Below are positions 59,592 through 64,000 of a DNA stretch of 64,000 nucleotides, in pieces; positions within the stretch are counted from its first letter, which is position 1, and each line of letters starts with the position of its first letter. The position numbers and the translations under genes were made by a program. This DNA comes from Tubulanus polymorphus (Eukaryota > Animalia > Nemertea): contig NC_134025.1 of the NCBI RefSeq assembly GCF_964204645.1, positions 18,389,101 to 18,453,100 of the forward strand. Direction: 5' to 3'. Below the pieces are notes generated by a model. That model did not search any database. It saw only the letters and a program-made list of their open reading frames with translations, and had not been told where the DNA came from.

Positions 59592-60199
59592 TTATTTTAG
59601 TTAATTTTTGTTCTGATTCATTTTCTGTTTCGCCGTTTGGTTGTAGTACATCTGTTTCGTTCTTACCTGATTTATATTCCATAGGTTTGATATTCGAAAA
59701 TGTTATGACGCCAGTAGAAATTAATGTCATAACCGATCCTAATTGAAATGAAGCATAACCAACCCATTTTTGTAATTCAGTCATAACTAAGTAGTCATTT
59801 TTCAAATCACTATATAATTTATTTTCATCATCAATTGGTATTAACTGGTTACATAACTTAGAATAACATTTGACAATACAATCTGAAATAGAATCATTTA
59901 TTCTAGCTAATCTAGCTTCTTCATAAATCTTAAAATATTTTATTACTTTATCTGGTTTCGTAGCATCTAATTCTTGAAAAGTAATAGTAAAAGTCTTAGT
60001 TAAAAATTGTTTAGATTTCCCGCCAGCAATTAGTAACTCAAGATGGTGTTTACAATATAAATAGTATTCATAATCTATATTGTTATTAACTTGAATATTA
60101 TTTTCAATTTTGGTCGGAATATCCTTATTATCACTAATACCTAAATCATCTAAAGTTTTTTTCAATGCTGGTATTATTCTTACTCGATTTCTTTGACAT
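59584..60199 (-). pseudogene. MSKKSS-family protein, 5' frameshift (copy C)
   Basis: Homolog of 21425-22033. Confidence 0.72.
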
Positions 60200-60300
60200 T
60201 TATATTAGAGAAATTTAATGAAAAAAATATTATAAGTATTATAAAATGATACCAGTATCTCTTTAGATTAATACTAGCTTAGTTAAAGGTAAAGAATTTT

Positions 60301-60392
60301 AGTATTAGTTATTGTTTTTTTAGTATTTTTTATTAGTGATATAAAGTATTCTTTTTTGAAAAGAAAATATTTAAAAAACAATAACTAATACT
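60301..60392 (-). terminator. AT-rich hairpin downstream of the HNH gene, putative 3'-end signal
   Basis: 20-bp perfect stem agtattagttattgtttttt / aaaaaacaataactaatact, 55 bp after the HNH stop. Confidence 0.4.
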
Positions 60393-60446
60393 AGCTAGTT
60401 GAAGATATGTAATTTTTAATACTTTTTATTTAAAATCTATTATTCT

Positions 60447-61115
60447 TTACCCACTCATTGAAGACTCAACGTATTGTTCATTATTTGGATTATTGTTCCA
60501 TTGATCAATAAATTTCTTTGCCTTTGTTAACTGTTCTAAATATAACTGTAAATCTAGTTTATTAGATTTGATTTTATTTTCTTTCTTTTCAAGAGGTCTT
60601 AAATTTTTCCAATTCCAAATAAGTTTTTTATTGTATTCATCATTCATGTTAAATTTAGATATCGGTAACACGTGATCAATATGAAAATAATCTCCATAAT
60701 TATCTATATTCATTTGACTATGGAATTGAAATATAATCCGTGATTTGAGAAATTCATCTGTACAACCCAACAAATTAGATAGTGTTTCTGAATGTGTTTC
60801 TTTGTTGAATAATTGTGTTAATCTAGACCTTAAGCATGGTTTCAATCGAAAATTAAGATCTTTTTGATATCTTTCTCTCATATATTCTGCCATATAATAA
60901 TTATAATGTTCTATATTATCTTCTCGGTATTGTTTGGTATATAGTTTAGTGCAAGTTTTACAACAATATTGAAAACCATCTTTGCTAATCTTACGCTTAC
61001 TAAATTCTGTTATAGCTAATTTATCTAATTCACACTTAGAACATTTCTTGAAGTATATATTTATAACACCAGTGTTATTTGTAATATTGATAGTTTGTGG
61101 TTGTTCTGGTTCCAT
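60447..61115 (-). CDS. HNH endonuclease, intact (copy C)
   Basis: KKCSKC..CKTC; [27 protein letters not shown]. Confidence 0.85.
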   Translation of the reverse strand: MEPEQPQTINITNNTGVINIYFKKCSKCELDKLAITEFSKRKISKDGFQYCCKTCTKLYTKQYREDNIEHYNYYMAEYMRERYQKDLNFRLKPCLRSRLTQLFNKETHSETLSNLLGCTDEFLKSRIIFQFHSQMNIDNYGDYFHIDHVLPISKFNMNDEYNKKLIWNWKNLRPLEKKENKIKSNKLDLQLYLEQLTKAKKFIDQWNNNPNNEQYVESSMSG

Positions 61116-61254
61116 TTATTATACGTATTTTTTACTAAATTGGTTAATATTTTAGAATCCTCTTCCATTTCTTCGACCAACGTCATCCTTTTTCATTCCT
61201 CGCTGCTTTTGATAAGTCGTTTCGATTCCTTGATATCTAAATCATACCAGTTAC

Positions 61255-61690
61255 AATACCCGCGTCACATGCGGGCATACAGGAGCGCTTTTGCTTAATG
61301 CGCATGCGTTAATCATAATTATATATTCATTCTATAAATTCTGTAAAATAGAAACAACACATGCGTTACATGCGGCCATTTATGGCCGGTTTTGCTTAAT
61401 GCGTATGCGTTAATCATAATTATATATTCATTCTGTAAATAGAAATAACTGAACACATAAAATATCAAAACGCATGTGCACTAGGCAAGACCGGGCATTC
61501 AGGCCCGGTTTGGATCAATGCGCATGCGCTAATCATAATTATATATTCATTCTGTAAATTCTGTAAAATAGAAACAACCGACATAAAATATCAAAACGTG
61601 TTCGCATTAGGCAAGACCGGGCATTCAGGCCCGGTTTGGATCAATGCGCATGCGCTAATCATAATTGAAACGACTGAACATAAAAATTCG
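61255..61690. repeat. Four-copy array of hairpin units (copy C)
   Basis: gcaagaccgggcattcaggcccggtttggatcaatgcgcatgcgctaatcataattatat and variants. Confidence 0.85.
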
Positions 61691-62490
61691 CCAAACAGAT
61701 TTACACAATACATTATACAAGTTGTTCAGTCGTTTCTTCCAATACATCATTTGATTTCTATGAATACAATTTATAATTACAAACATTTTTTCAATTGCCG
61801 GTAAATATTTAACTACATGAACAAATGTTAAACTTAATCATTGGAGTCTTAATGTTTTTGAAATTCTTATATAGTTTCTTCGTCGATCTTTTGTGATTCT
61901 TGTGCTTCTACGGCAATTTCTATTGGTTCGATATCCATTGCTGTTGATTCCTCAGCCAGAAAGAGTATCTTGAGTTTCTCTATCGCTTCTTGATGCGTAT
62001 GACGTTTTATTAATCTAAAAAATAATAGCGGTAATTCTAGCTATCTAAAAGATATACTAAATACACTTAAATATATCTAAAGGTTTCATATTTAATAGCC
62101 CTAATAACTACAAAAAACAGTACTTACATTTAGATTTAGAATTGTAAACTATAAACTCCTAATTGCGTTTCGAGAGAGAATATCCTAAGCGTTATGTTAC
62201 ATCGTCTATTCAGTTCCGGTGCGATTTCGAAATGAACACGTCTTCGATTATGACACGTCATCTAGTTCCGGTACACCTTCTAGAATGTTCTACGCGTTTG
62301 CAGTATTATGATATGTCATCTCTATTCAGAGTTCCGGTACACCTTCTAGAATGTTCTACGCGTTTGCAGTATTATGTCTCATATGTCTCGGCGTCATATT
62401 AACAGCTGTGAATTTATAGATTTATTCAATAGTTCATTACATGAAATGTATATAGGCTCAAATAGAATCATGTTCTAGTATAAACAGCTA

Positions 62491-63071
62491 TGATTTATAT
62501 ATGTATTATTTCAATCGCACTTTACTAACACTTTTTATGTTTAAAAATCTAACTCATACAAATATAAATATTTAAATAATGTTTAAAATATATCTATCTA
62601 TCTATTCTATAAGAGCTCGTTAATTACTCGTTACTTTTATATTGAATAATCTATCAATTTATATGTTATTCATATATATAAATATTTTAAGGGTAATAGG
62701 GGTTTAGTTGGTTCAGGTTAAAGGTTGAATGGTCGAGTTCATTAAAAACAAATATTAAAAGTAATTTAAAACTATAATATATTTTCATAGCCGTGTGTGT
62801 TTTAGTTAAATAATAGAATAATTATTATTATTTGAATATATTTGATTATATGAATTTGTGTATTGTAAATAAATCAATTGGTCGCGTATTGTATTAATAC
62901 AATATGCTTTTAAAATTTAAATTATTAATATCTTAGAATAAATATTTAGTTATAATATAAAATACACACGGCTATGAAAATATATTATAGTTTTAAATTA
63001 CTTTTAATATTTGTTTTCTAATGAGCTCGACCGTTCGACCTTTGACCTGAACCAACTAAACCCCTATTACT
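62491..63071 (-). repeat. Right TIR of copy C, with terminal palindrome 62692-63071 (GC apex deleted)
   Basis: Reverse complement of 45036-45702; inner arm begins ggtaataggggtttagttggttcagg. Confidence 0.93.
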
Positions 63072-64000
63072 GGTGTTTACAATATAAATAGTATTCAATT
63101 AGTTGCTACGTTATCATTATTATCAGTAATACCTAAATCATCTAATGTTTTTTTCAATATCAATATTATAGCCTATTAGATTTCTTAGACATTTATTTCA
63201 GAAAAGAAATATCATAATATTTTGATACTAGCTAGTTAAGTAAAAGAATTCTTGTTGTTAACTAAGAAATATTAGATCTTAATATCTATTTGAATTTATT
63301 GTTTTGTTATTCGAATCTAATTGTAATATAAAGTCTTCTAGTTAATAATTAGAAATATTAGAATTCTAATATATTTGCAATAATTATAATAGGTTAAGTT
63401 ATTGTTTTTTATTATGAAGTTTTTACGTTGAATTCTATTACAGTCGTTTCTAATTATTACATTGAATGATGGCAGCACTGAGATACGAAGCACTATGCTA
63501 ATGAGTTGAATTTGATAATCAATTAACATAGATAATCGATTATTAATTTGATTAAAAATTAAATCATGATTAAGTAAAAAATATATAATTCATTCATTGG
63601 TTTTCATTCTTTTATTCTTTTCACTCGGAATAATTGATAATTTCAAGTAACGTTTTTCTTTAGTAAATACCGTTATATTGACTTCGGTGTTTTAGCTAAG
63701 TATATAAGGCAATTCATTTCACTACTAGAGTGGCCGCCGGGCCTGGCTTGCAGGAGCATTTTGTAAATGCATCTTTGTCCACTCTCCGTGGTTCTGCTTC
63801 AGTTTCGAATTTCGATCCCCCTTTCGATGATATGGGGTTGATAGGAAACGCATTAGGCGCCTTAGATAAAATGTGTTTCCTGTCAATCATTGAAGGAGAA
63901 TTGGTGAGGCGTGGGTGGCAGGGGTGTAAGTATAAATGCTTGGGGATAAGTATTGCGTGGCGCCTCTCAATAACGGGATGCTCCTAAAAACTCTGCGAGT

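Larger units (their letters stand above)
45036..63071 (+). mobile_element. Full-length Polinton/Maverick copy C (18,036 bp)
   Basis: Termini 5'-AGTAATAGGGG..CCCCTATTACT-3'; TIRs 45036-45702 and 62491-63071; 6-bp TSD gatgtt/ggtgtt; pPolB, penton, MCP, ATPase, integrase. Confidence 0.96.
41900..63720 (+). mobile_element. Old Polinton copy D hosting a Penelope element and copy C
   Basis: Central inverted repeat (41902-42235), ATPase relic (42268-42790), MSKK gene split at 45035/63072; boundaries approximate. Confidence 0.7.

Noticed and set aside
45036-63071. Copy C as a currently active element or free virus contaminant
   Set aside because: pPolB, penton and integrase carry stops or frameshifts, the TSD has a mismatch, and it is embedded among host retroelements.
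63715-63730. ACTACT at the AT-to-GC transition as the right end of copy D
   Set aside because: Resembles a canonical Polinton end but does not match this family's CCCCTATTACT terminus, and no partner TIR or TSD is in the window.
63727-64000. Possible LTR-retrotransposon integrase fragment on the minus strand (FLSTPYHRKG)
   Set aside because: One weak motif at the window edge; not enough to call.

Overview
AT-rich eukaryotic (probably invertebrate; host not identifiable) repeat region with no recognisable host gene. It is a nest of at least five copies or relics of one Polinton/Maverick (adintovirus-like) family: copy A (~3716-25040, left end missing, interrupted by an L1/Tx1 LINE with a 12-bp TSD), an inverted relic B' (~31611-36170), an internally deleted copy B (~36188-40869), an old copy D (~41900-63720), and a full-length 18.0-kb copy C (45036-63071) with ~0.6-kb TIRs and a 6-bp TSD, inserted inside D. 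Gene set: protein-primed PolB, penton, major capsid protein, A32-like ATPase, integrase-chromodomain, HNH nuclease and several membrane proteins; no adenain-like protease was seen. Also present: a Harbinger derivative, MITEs, two Penelope elements with hammerhead motifs, and a LINE whose ORF1 carries RNase H1 plus PHD. Main observations: (1) a LAGLIDADG intein of giant-virus type in the YFD|TDS catalytic motif of one Polinton pPolB, next to intein-free alleles; (2) every intact element end is a 380-460-bp fold-back whose conserved mismatches are G.T wobbles on the 3'-ended strand, suggesting a self-priming hairpin; (3) two classes of poxvirus-like TAAATG promoter motifs that separate structural from replication genes. 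Together these suggest, by inference, an endogenous virophage-like virus that depends on a cytoplasmic large DNA virus. All family assignments are from motif recognition by eye; no database search was run.
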